From assembly GCF_009914755.1 (NCBI RefSeq), contig NC_060931.1: DNA of 64,000 nt. The stretch is one strand, 5' to 3'. Positions 27,800 through 39,130 of the stretch are shown piece by piece. The position numbers and the translations under genes were made by a program. Below the pieces are notes generated by a model. It was given only the letters and a program-made list of their open reading frames with translations. It did no database searches and was not told the DNA's origin. Source of the stretch: the human T2T-CHM13v2.0 reference genome, Homo sapiens. How positions within the stretch are numbered: position 1 is the first letter of the stretch; every line of letters begins with the position of its first letter.

Positions 27800-28389
27800 T
27801 GTTTTAGTTATCTATTGCTGCAGAACAAATTATCCTAAAATGTAGAGGCTTAAAACAGTAAGCATTGACTATTCCATAGTTTCTGTGAGTCTAGAATCTA
27901 AGCATGGCTTTGCTGGGTGCCTCTGACTCATGGCCTCTCACCAGGCTACAGTGCAGGTGTGGATCAGGACTATGGTCTCATCTGTAGGCTCTACTGGGGA
28001 AGGATCTGCCCCCAACTTCACTCAAGTGGCTGTTGGCAGGTTTCTAGGCTCATGATCAGTGGACAAAGGGCCTCAGCGCCTCGCTGGCAGGTGGCTGAAG
28101 TCTCCCTCAGCTCCTTGCCATGTGGGTCTCCGTAGAGCAGCTCACAGCGTGGTGGCTGGCTTTCCTCAGAGTGAGCAAGTGAGCGAGGGTGCCCAAGATG
28201 GAGACCACAGTCCTTTTCAACCCTAATCTTGGATGTAAGAAGTGACATCCCACTACCTTTGCCATATTCTATTCCTTAGATAGGAGTCACTAAGTACAGT
28301 CAGCATTCGTGGCAAGAGGCTACAAGAGGCTAGGGGGTGAACACAGGAGGTGGGGATCACTGAGAGCCACTTCAGAGAGGCCAACACAC
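27800..28389 (-). mobile_element. MLT1F/G/H-type LTR
   Basis: tgttttagttatctattgctgc.gaacaaattatcctaaaa...gcttaaaaca antisense MaLR end. Confidence 0.82.
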
Positions 28390-29989
28390 AACTGAAGGCA
28401 TCCAGCAGCAAGGCCAGACCAAGAAACCACTCGAGAAGGTGCCAAGGCTGGATGCTGAAATCCACGGAGATTTTCACATCTTTCTCAAGTATAACTGCAA
28501 CAGGTCTTTGATGCACTGTTGACTCTTGAGGGATGTCCTACAGACAGACCTAAAATGCTGGGTACTAGATGCTCTTTAGCCTGGAAAACATGTTTAATGA
28601 AGCTGAATAGAATAGCACATTCCACTATAATTTGATACTTGTAATTCACATGGTGAGATAAATTCTGGTATATTTCTTTATTAAATTTATGCTATGTGTC
28701 AGGCACCTATCTGAAGGACGGATATAAATATGAATAAAACAGTTAAGCCTCCAAGTATTAATAGCTTAAACTAGTAGAGGAGGCACATAACAGGTGTGTG
28801 TAATATGGTATAGTGAGTACAGTAAAGGATAAATGCCTAGAGGGCAGTGGGAGGAATTCCCACTGGAGGGAGTGAGAGGCTTGCCAGAGACAGGCACCTG
28901 AGGTGGCCACAGGGTGTGCACAGAGAACTTGCCCTGTGCAGCTGTGGCTTGAGCAGGCACGCAGCTCAGAGCAATCTGCACATGGGCTGGGTGAGCTGCA
29001 GAGCCGGCTGCCGAGAGGTGGCCTCTTAGAGCCACATACACCCGGGGAAGGTGGTTGCTCCACCTCTTCTGAACTCTTGATACAAACCATGTATTTGTTC
29101 AAAAGAGTTCAGAAGCCCCACATATACATGGCACTGAACATCTGAGCACACAGTTTTCTCCATTTGGCCTTTGTTCCAGGTAAACGTGGTTTTCCTGACC
29201 AAATATCAAGTACTAATAACAGTTTCAGCATCAAAATTGGAGTGAGGGCTTTGTGCTTGGGCTGAGTTCCAGGCAGGCTGGCAGGAGGCTGGCTGTGGAA
29301 GGGAGGCTGGCAGTAGGCCTACTGGGACCCCAGCAAAGCCATCAGGCCTATGAGTGGGTCAAGACCTTACAGAGGTCAGGGAGGAGACAGGGGAATGGCT
29401 GGAACAGAATGGCTCAGAGTTGAAGAGATAAAATAAAGGGTGAAGTTGTATAGGACTTATTTATGTCTTCTCCTCACCCTCTTAAATCTGCGCACAAATC
29501 CATTATCCATTAGCTTTTTGAATCTTTTAATCTTATTTAGGTTAGTGGACACTGGTTTTCAAAAAAGTATATTTCTCCTTTTTAACAACCTAAGTGGAGT
29601 ATACCATCTGCTGTAGCAATCACAATGGATGTGAAAGCCACAGTGTCCCCTGGGAGTTCCTGCAGTGGCAGAAGAGAAGTGCAGGGTGATGGATGAAGCA
29701 AAGATTGAGAGTCCGAGATCCCATAAAGAGAAACCCCTCTGTACCGCTTATGGTGGTAAGGCCTCCTGCCTCGGTTTCCCCATGGTGTCTGTGCATACCC
29801 TACGAAGCAGTGAGAGAGCTTCTGTGAGATGCCTGGTGGACCGGCTGGGCCTCATATGTACTCAGGGTAAGCTCCCCTATAAACACAGCGTTTGTTATGT
29901 GAGGAACATAGTTTTAAAACTGAACTCAAGAGGAGATAGGCAAGTGCTTGTAGCTGGCATTAAAATGTCTCCACTGAGCTTCCACACAG

Positions 29990-30007
29990 CCAAAAATAGC
30001 CGGAAGT
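29990..30007. promoter_or_regulatory. Adjacent MEF2-like (CCAAAAATAG) and ETS (CCGGAAGT) motifs, candidate intronic enhancer
   Basis: Motif match only; a GC box follows at 30331-30338. Confidence 0.3.
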
Positions 30008-32300
30008 TTGCTCAGGAGCCCAGGGGTGAACATGGGCCACAGGGACGCACATTCACACCCAGCACTCAGGCGCCAACAGCCTGTGCCTCACTGGGGATGG
30101 GTGGAAGGAGCACCCAGATTTCAACATTATGAAAAACGATACAACAAATGAAAAGAAAAGATTCATTTTCCTTAACTTTTTTAAGTCCTGAAGGCAAGTT
30201 GCATTCTGCCTGCTTAGGCGGGGAATCCTAGTTTGTAAAGCCATAAACAATGGGCAGGCTGGTTCTGCTAATTAGCAACATAAAAGCTCCGAGATGCTTG
30301 AACATGTGGTGCGCTGGCAGCCAGGAGCGCGGGGCGGGAGCGGGGCAGGAGAGGGAGGGGAGACTCTGAGTCCCAAGAAGGGCAAGGCGCTTGCCTGGTC
30401 TGAAGGGGAGGTGGAGTTGAAATCAGTGCACTCCATCTAACACCTCCTGGGGCCTCCCCATCCCAACCTCCTCTTCCCCCAACTCCATTGCTGTGGGCAT
30501 GAGAGGGGAAGAGAGGGAGAAGGTGAATTATGATGCTGAGGGCAAAGGAAGTCCCAGGTGCCTGTACCTGGGGGAATGAACTGGTATGGAGTTGGCAAGA
30601 GGGCACAAGGAGGAAATGGAGCCACAAGGCAAGACGAAGGTGAGTCTGGTTTTCTCTCCGCCACTTCGCTCTCCTTCCGGCTCAGACCTGTCCAAAGGTC
30701 TAAGGGCAGCAGGTGGGGAGGTTCCACTGCTCTGCAGAGATGCAGGAGGAAGCCTGATGCTGCCTTGGTAAGTACCCCTCCCACATCTTGTCTGCCCGTT
30801 GCCCCAGCAGATGCTGCACCTGAACAGTGAGTGCCCCCAACACACAGGGAGCCCAGGAGAAAGCGAGGGTCTGCAAGTTTGCACCCAGCTCTCCCATCCT
30901 GTGCAGGCTGCCACAGAGCCACTGGTGCTGGGCCCGTTCTGTGACTGCCAACAGGCTGTACTTGGCTTTATAGCTTTCATCCAGCTATCTTTCCCTCACT
31001 TTTTCCTGCAGGAAGGAAATTCTGTAGGTGAGCACAGCGGCCACAGGAGAGAGCACCGACTCTCATGGCCTTGGTGTGTGGGGCTTAAAACCCACTGTCT
31101 TCAGAGATGAAATGGCTCTGGAGCCATCCACGCCACGGCTGCCGTCTTTCTGATTGATAAGCCTAACCCTTCCTTTTTGAATGCCCTAAAAAATTCATTT
31201 GCATTCGGAAGCATGTCTAATGTCAAGATGATCAAATGTATTTTAAGGGTGGAAAAGAAGTACTTGTGAAGAAAGATAAAATGAATCAGGATTATTTTGC
31301 CTAGAGAAAGTCAATAAGTAATCCAACAATTATCTTCTTTACCCAGAAGCTGGCAGGCAGCTAGTCAACACTTCCAAAGAAGACAGAAAAAGATAAAGCA
31401 GTCCAGTGGCAGAAAAGTATGAACTTCCTAACTAGAGGGCTGTGCACACTCATGTGGGCACCAGCAGGGCTCCTGGCCGCATGCACAGTGATATTGCGCT
31501 GCTCCGTGTACACAGCCCAGGATGGCACTTGCTTTATCAGAAGTGTCGCCGCCCAGCTGAGACATACTGAAGCGGTCCAAGCGCAGGCCCAACGTGCCCA
31601 TAATGCCATGGAGTGTAGAGAGTAAGTGTATAAAACTATGCCTGTCCGGAGGTGGGAATGCTATCTCTACTTACTAAAGTCCAAAAGAACCCCAGGAAAC
31701 AAAGAGAGCCCCATCTCAAACAGGGTGTGCCAGGAAACAGAAGCAAAGCAGGACTTCAATTCTGGCTTATTAGTACACTCAAAGTGAGCTGCTTCCCCTT
31801 CTCGTACACCTCAGTTTCCTTTTCCATAGAGAAGCAGTGCTCATGCTTGGCCGCTGGCGACAGAGTTCCACGGCTAACTTACGAAGGACGTCCTCCCAGC
31901 TCTTGAGTGCGACCTCTACAGGTGTGCCCACAGCCTGCCTGAGTTAGCCCACCATCCAGATCACACGACGGCTGTGCCGGACAGCTGTCTCTCTCTACAG
32001 ACACTCTGAGGTTCATTCTAATATGAGAACACTGGCTCCTAGCTGACATCTCTACAACCACAAGGTGTGTGTTTAGCTGAAGTCTGACCACAGATAGGCA
32101 TGATTACCTGGTTAAATTCTCCAGAGTGTGTTCTCTGTGAAATCAGACACACTGCATTCAGCATTGGGAAACAAGAGCTGAGAAGGAAAGGCACACACAT
32201 CCAAAGACAAGAATGGAAAATCTGGAAACCCAGCCCTGACATCGCAGTGCTCAGAGAGATGAACAGTTAACACAGTCGGAATGAAGCAAGAGGAACATAC

Positions 32301-32471
32301 GTTTGGGTATCGGGTCTGAGGCCTCGGAACCAGCGCCTTCCCCGGGAAAGCTGAGAGGCTCCACCACGTCTGTGTCGGGAGGAGGGTAGGGCGGGGGTGG
32401 GGGAAGCACTAACTGGGGTGGACCCCGAGCAGTGCCTCTGGGAGGCTTTTGTGGCACCTGCCGTCCACCAC
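32301..32471 (-). CDS. COBL: COBL alternative cassette exon (171 nt, 57 codons, phase 1-1): GGGRQVPQKPPRGTARGPPQLVLPPPPPYPPPDTDVVEPLSFPGEGAGSEASDPIPK
   Basis: gttgattccatatag|GTGGTGGACGG...ATACCCAAAC|gtatgt. Symmetric and in frame with exon 7, overlaps ORF 32251..32457, and resembles the remembered rodent Cobl proline-rich insert. Confidence 0.9.
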
Positions 32472-32508
32472 CTATATGGAATCAACAGGGAGTTACTTCA
32501 GCAGGTTA

Positions 32509-32665
32509 AACCAAGCCGTCACTCACTAGGCACCAAATCCAACCTCACTGGGCACCAGATCCAGCCACACTCAACACCAGATCCAGCCACACCTAACACC
32601 AGATCCAGTCATATCCAGCACCTAATCCATTCTCATCTGGCACCAACCACATCCAACCACACTCA
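32509..32665. repeat. 22-bp degenerate minisatellite (~7 units, consensus caccagatccagccacacyyar)
   Basis: cacc unit starts at 32531, 32553, 32575, 32597, 32619 and 32641, exactly 22 apart. Confidence 0.88.
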
Positions 32666-34378
32666 CACTTTAACATTTTACATACGTAGTGTTCTATCAT
32701 TGGAGCAGTTTGGAAAGATGTGCCTGGTTGCAATTTCTTTTTAACAGACACAACTACATAAATGCTGGGCTTGAAAACTATTCTTCAACACCCTCGACAG
32801 AGCTTTGTCAAGTTTAAAGGAACTCCTTTTATTAATGTTAGTCTTTTTCAGGTTCACAGATCTGTTTTTAGCCTACTCTTGTTGCTTTTCTAGAGCCACT
32901 GACCTATTCTGGCTAGATTAAGCATTCATTTAGCTTATCTCCTGAGTCCATTTATACTTTTCAACCCCTTTGGTTGTTTAGAATAATAGTTCTCCAAGTT
33001 TGTTTTGAAGAATGTCCTGAGTTGTAGAGAGGGTGGGGATGTTGTCCCAAGCACATGGGACACAAGGACTCAGGCCTCCAGGGCGGAATCAGGGGGTCCT
33101 GCCCTGGGTTGAAGTGACTGGCCTAGGGATTGGCACGATCCAACCACATACAGCCATTTACAGTGGATGCCACTTAAAATTTAAACCAGGGGCTTTTGTC
33201 CATTTATGAAAAATGGGGAGAGAGCTTGGAAGGGAGAATGGGGGGCTCTTCACGAAACAGGAGAAAACCAGGTTTATTTTAATGATCCACTGATAATGTT
33301 TTCTTTCAGTCCTTTGGGAAAGAGGATGAGCTGACATGGAATACAGGTTATTGCTTCTTAAGGTAACTGACTCCCAGGCTGAAATGCTAACACATTAAAA
33401 GCGAGGAACTGACTAAGGGGAAAGACGCTGACAAACTGCCACGGAGCTCTCACTAAAGGTCCAGAAACTGCCAAGGCAGCCACTTATCTCAGAAGGACTT
33501 TCCCTCCTGCAGCTGCAGACCTTAGGGCAAAGGCAAAACGCGGGGCTGCCTGGGTGGGTTAAAGGGCATGGTGAGTGGCCTGTGAGTGCTGGTGGCTTCG
33601 TCGTGAGCACTGACACACGCCATTCTTGGGGCTCTCAGCTCAGGAAGGTGTGACTCCTAGGCTGCCATTTTCCAACCACTCCATGGAAGAGCCATTTCTG
33701 TTCCAACATAAGTGAAATAACAAATGCTGAATGATTTAAAAAGAAAATGAACCCTTGACTCCCCTGGACCTGGACAGCGCCATCATTCAGCTTCTCTCCA
33801 CCTCGCCTGTAGCACGAGGGGTGGGCTATGATGATCTAATAGGTCTCTTTCTGCTCACAGATAGTATAATTCCATCTTCTTTCCTCTGGGCTCTCTTTCC
33901 CTCAAAGAAAATCAGGGTCTTTGCTAAATGTGTACCAGGTAATATAAGTGGAGATCAATTTCAAACAGGATGGTCCAAAAATTACTGAGCTGATGTCAAC
34001 TTGTCTATACATCACCTGTGGCCTAAGATCTCTTTGAAATGCCAAATGTCCTTCAAAGCAGTTTCCACGATGTCACCCTAGGAACTTCTCCTTTTGCCAT
34101 CAGAGACACACGTCGCACACTCACACTCACAGGCTTTCCATTTTCACCCTCTCCCGGCTCCTGCAGCCGTTTCTCCCCTTCCACCGTCCCCCGCCTCCTA
34201 AATGCTCACATAATGCCCACCAAATACTGCTAGTAAGATATGAAGTGAACTTGCAATTATTTCTTTCCAGCCCTTCTTTCTTTAGCATTAATATTTTTTG
34301 GGTTAATGTCATTATGGATGAGGCCACTGCAGGAGTTCACATCAGAGCTGACATTCCAGGACAGAGCAAGCATCCCCG

Positions 34379-34384
34379 CATGCA
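34379..34384 (-). promoter_or_regulatory. UGCAUG (RBFOX) element ~25 nt downstream of the exon 7 donor
   Basis: Plus-strand catgca; the position is typical of functional RBFOX sites. Confidence 0.4.
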
Positions 34385-34408
34385 GACGGCAGGCCGAGCC
34401 TCACTCAC

Positions 34409-34547
34409 CCATCGTGCTCTTCCTGTTCTCCTCCTTATCCTCAGTGCGGTTGGGGATCAGGGGACTCGGTGGTGGTGGCTGTGGTGGAGGGGGAGCTGGC
34501 GCTCGCCGCTTCTTCTTCTGTAAATCAATCTGTGACCCAAGAGATAC
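34409..34547 (-). CDS. COBL: COBL internal coding exon (canonical exon 7, 139 nt, phase 0 to 1): [46 protein letters not shown](G/V); carries a KRRAPxPP syndapin/PACSIN-SH3-binding motif
   Basis: Minus strand reads ccttctttgtacttcatag|GTATCTCTTGGG...AGCACGATGG|gtgagt with an open frame; peptide recognised as Cobl. Confidence 0.97.
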
Positions 34548-34610
34548 CTATGAAGTACAAAGAAGGAAAGTACAATCAAAGTACTTTGTACCTATGAAGT
34601 ACAAAGAAGG
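34545..34610. repeat. Perfect 22-bp direct repeat (34545-34566, 34589-34610) duplicating the exon 7 acceptor
   Basis: tacctatgaagtacaaagaagg occurs twice, offset by 44 nt. Confidence 0.97.
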
Positions 34611-35452
34611 CAGTATTAGGGTGATTGTGCTGGGGCAGGGACCTGCACCGGAAGGTGGTGCTCCAGGAGGGTTGTTAGATGGCCAGTTCCCTTTCCAGGT
34701 CCTCCCACACAGGCAGGGGAGGCCATGAGGCGAGAGACCAGCGGATGTCCAAGGAGTGGCCTGGAGGTGGCACAGTGTTGCTCATAGACACCCCAAAGAC
34801 CCCTATGAGCAGGGAGCTCATATTTTCTAGGGACTCCAGGCAAGTCTGGAGAGTTGGTAAACTTCCCTGTCACACAAGAGAATGAGACCCATAGTCCTTC
34901 ATTAAATGTAAGGAGAACAATTCCTTCTGGAACAGGATGGGCTGCCGTGAATTGTGATCACACAGAGGAAGAGCTGATGGGGGCAGCTCAGACCTCACCC
35001 TGCTCTGACTTAGGTTTGTTTCCCTGACTGCATGTTCACGTTCCAGAGCAGCTGCAGCCAAGACTATCTAATGGTCCACAGGTGGACACATCTTGATCCA
35101 GAATCGCAATGAAGTTTCTTAGTATATGGGTTATTAGATCGGTGTATGGGACATTAGCCCCCAACCACAGCAGAAATCCAGCTCCTGCTCACAGCTTTCA
35201 ACAGTGAAAGACACACAGCTTCTAAAGGCAGCTCATGAATACTGGGCAGGTCTAATTGCTGAATGTGAAATCTGTTTTGTCTGTAAAATTGAATTCACTG
35301 ATTCCATTTCTTTGTTTCTGAAGGACTACATAATCCTACTCTCCTCTCCTCCTCATTAGGGCGAAAGTTTTTATTCGTTCACTCTCATTGATTAAAATTC
35401 ATTGATTAAAGAACATTGTGTATAGAGCAGTGCAGAGTATGTGCAAAGAATG

Positions 35453-35679
<227 letters not shown>

Positions 35680-35909
35680 TCAGAGCCAAGTCTGTACCTC
35701 CAGTCCAAGTACTTCCTGGCCTTCCAAGGGCTCATCATAGGAATGGTGCCTGCAACACCCTGCCTCTGCCACTTCAACTCTGACCTTGGTGCTCTCTGGT
35801 TTATTAACTCATGCTTGCACCATGTGTACCACGTATATGGGAGAGAGAAAGGGGGAGAGAGACAATGAGAGGGAGAGAGAGAGAGAGAGAGTGTGTGTGT
35901 GTAAAAAGT

Positions 35910-37920
35910 CTCCTTTTAATTTTTATCAGCAGTACACATTTATTGCAAAAAAGTTAAAAAATATATGTAAAAGGAAGAACATAATCACTTTATTAATACT
36001 CAAACTACTAACAATTGGCATGTTTTTCTAGACTATTTTTTCTTCTAAAAATATTTTTTTCTTTCCTTCTGTTATAGTATATTATAACCACCTCCTATAC
36101 CTCTAAAATTCTGTAATATATTTTACATAAAACATGGACATAACAGAAAGTAAATAACCCCATAAAGATGAGTCAAAACCAGCAATTTATTGTCCACCAC
36201 CCCCTCTCCAGCAGTAAGCATTTCACATTTTTTTTTTGGCATTTATTCCGTTTTTCTAAATAAGAAGCTTATTGTACTGTTTCTTGATTTTTCCATGTTA
36301 GGTATTGGCATCTACTCCAGAAGATGAGGATTTGGTTCTTTAAGACACACACATACACACAAACACACACACACACACACACAGAGACATACACACACAC
36401 ACACACGCACAGACTCATACTTTTCCTCTCCATTTTCCAAAAAATTATAGCAAAAGATTTAAATTAATATTTACTATTTAGTTATATATATTTAGTTATA
36501 GTAGATATCAAAATTATGAAAAATATAAGTTTTCTTCAGCAGGAATTTTCTCCTCCTGAGATGTATAATGTATATCATAATTACAATTTCTAAATTACCT
36601 TTTTGTTTTCCCTGAACCTGATAACTGATTTGTTTTCTAGCTTTTTTCTTTAATTGCATTTCCTGGAAATTCCCATTCCCTCTATTCAGTTCTGATCCTT
36701 ATGGATATTCCACCTGTTTTGTGTGGGGTTTTTTTGGTTGTTGTTGTTGCTTGTTTTTTTTGAGACAGAGTCTCACTCTGTCGCCCAGGCTGAAGTGCAG
36801 TGGCGCGATCTCGGGTTCCAGTGATTCTCCTGCCTCAGCCTCCTGAGTAGCTGGGACTACAGGCACTGCCACCACGCCGGGCTAATTTTTGTATTTTCAG
36901 TGGAGATGGGGTTTTGCCATGTTGGCCAGACTGGTCTTGAACTCCTGGGCTCCAGTGATGCACCCGCCTCGGCCTCCCGAATTGCTGGGATTACAGGTAT
37001 GAGCCACTGTGCCCGGCCCCGCCTTTTTTTTTTTTTTTTTTTTAATTCTCTGCATCTTAGTGGTTCCCAGTTTCCAGCAACTTTCTGACACAAGATGCGT
37101 ATGAGGAAGATTTTTGAGACCTTCAAAATGTAAGAATGTTTTTATTCTACTATACTGGACAGTCAGTATAGATGCCTACAGGAACCTAGGATGAAAAGAA
37201 TTGTCCCTCAAAATGCTAAGCCATTACTCCACTGTCTCCTAGTTTGGAACTGTTCAGCTGAGACACCCGGATCCAGAGTGGGGCTCAATCTTCTGCATAG
37301 TATCTGCTTTTCCTCTGCAGGCTCAGGGGCTTCTGAGTCCTTCCTGCTGGGAAGTTTCATGATGGCAAGTGCTGGGTGGGGCTCTTTTCATTCATTGTCT
37401 GGGGCATTCACTGACCCCTGCAATCTGAATATCCTTAATTCTGCAGAATTTTTTAGTGTTATTCTTTTCAACTTTTTCTTTCCTCTGTTTCTTTCTCTCT
37501 GGGATTTCAATTAATTCAACACTGAGGATTCTAATTCAATTGTCTATTTTTTTCTTGAGTACTCTTGCCTAAATTTTTTCTGATTTCCCCCCCTCTTGGA
37601 AATTTTCTCCATTGTAAGACTCATGAATTTTTAAATTAGTTACTGTTTTTTTTTTGTTTTTTGTTTTTAATTTCCAAGAGCCCCTTCTTGTTATGTATTT
37701 TAAAAATAGCATCATGGTCTTGTTTCCTGGATACCATAGCTTCTCTTTCCTCTCAGAAGCTATGCTTTATGCTTTATATCTTTTTCAAGACCACATTTTA
37801 ATTTCCATTTTCTTCAGCCATATGCATCGCACTTTCCTCCAGCATCCTTTCTGCTCTCTGTCTTGGCCTCTGCTTATCATATTTTGAGTCTTCCTCAAAT
37901 TCATGACTGATTGTTTATAA
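35910..37920 (-). mobile_element. Ancient L1ME/HAL1-like fragments interrupted by (CA)n and an Alu
   Basis: T-rich degenerate antisense L1-like text; boundaries approximate. Confidence 0.45.
36729..37018 (-). mobile_element. AluS with a ~20-nt internal deletion in the right arm
   Basis: gatctcgg joins directly to gttccagtgattct; a T-run abuts the Alu head at 37024-37043. Confidence 0.92.
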
Positions 37921-38476
37921 TATGTATGTTTCTGTGTCTAGAGTCTGTTCACACAGTAATGGGATTCCCAGTGGGGATCTGGGCAGAAATGCAGTAGCTG
38001 AGAGATCCCCAGATATTCATACCTGCAGGATTGTCTGCTAGCTCGGCCATCTTCTGCACAGGGGAAGCCCAGCTCCTGCCTGAGGGAAACTAGGCCTTCC
38101 CGAGTACTCTGGTGAGAGGGCCTTGAAGCTCTCCTGTGGCATGTGGGTTTTCGCTTATCCCTGTGTCGGTGCAGACTTGGTTGTGCCTGATGTCCTGAAG
38201 TCAGAGCCTCTTAGTTCTGCCACTGCAGGGGGTGGCAGTGCAGACATCTGGTTGTGGTGGGCAGGCAGGGGTATGGAGATCTTACTGTTTCACATGCAGG
38301 CATTCAGCCATTCCTTCATCATCAGCTCGTTCCACGGTCATGTGCAAACAAACATGTGCCCCAAATTCCTGAGTGTCCTAGGATCTGGCGTCTTCTGCTG
38401 GGCCTCTTTCACCCAGCAGTCAAGTTTCAGCTTCTTCTGCTTTACTAGGTATTTATCACAATCTAAATACACCGCA

Positions 38477-38800
<324 letters not shown>

Positions 38801-38924
38801 CTACTGAAAACTGTCATCAGTGGCCATTGCTTCTCTCGTCTTTGTCACAGTGAAGTAATACTTTTTTTTAGTGGAGTTTCAGAGGGAGAGACATAGATTT
38901 GTTTTGTTAGCCATATATTTTCCT

Positions 38925-39130
38925 GTAATTTTTCAGCTTTACTGAGGAACAAACAAGTAAACATTGTGTGTGTGTATGGTATACAACTGATGATCTGATA
39001 TACATATCTATAGTGAAATAATCACAAGCAAGCTAATTAACATATCTATCAGTTCACATCATTACCATTTATCTTTTTTTTTTTCCTTTGTGGTAAAAAC
39101 ACTTAAAATCAACCCTCTTAGCAGAATTTC
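38925..39130 (-). mobile_element. L1MA/MB 3' end fragment
   Basis: tacaactgatgatctgatatacata...aagctaattaacatatctatc. Confidence 0.7.

Noticed and set aside
29665-31110. Longest ORFs in the window (150-161 aa)
   Set aside because: They overlap in several frames and on both strands in GC-rich intron, with no homology or splice support.
32378-32421. G-quadruplex-like G runs on the plus strand
   Set aside because: Fully explained by polyproline codons on the minus strand.
32509-32665. Regularly spaced repeat as a CRISPR-like array
   Set aside because: Contiguous tandem units with no unique spacers, no cas genes, eukaryotic intron.
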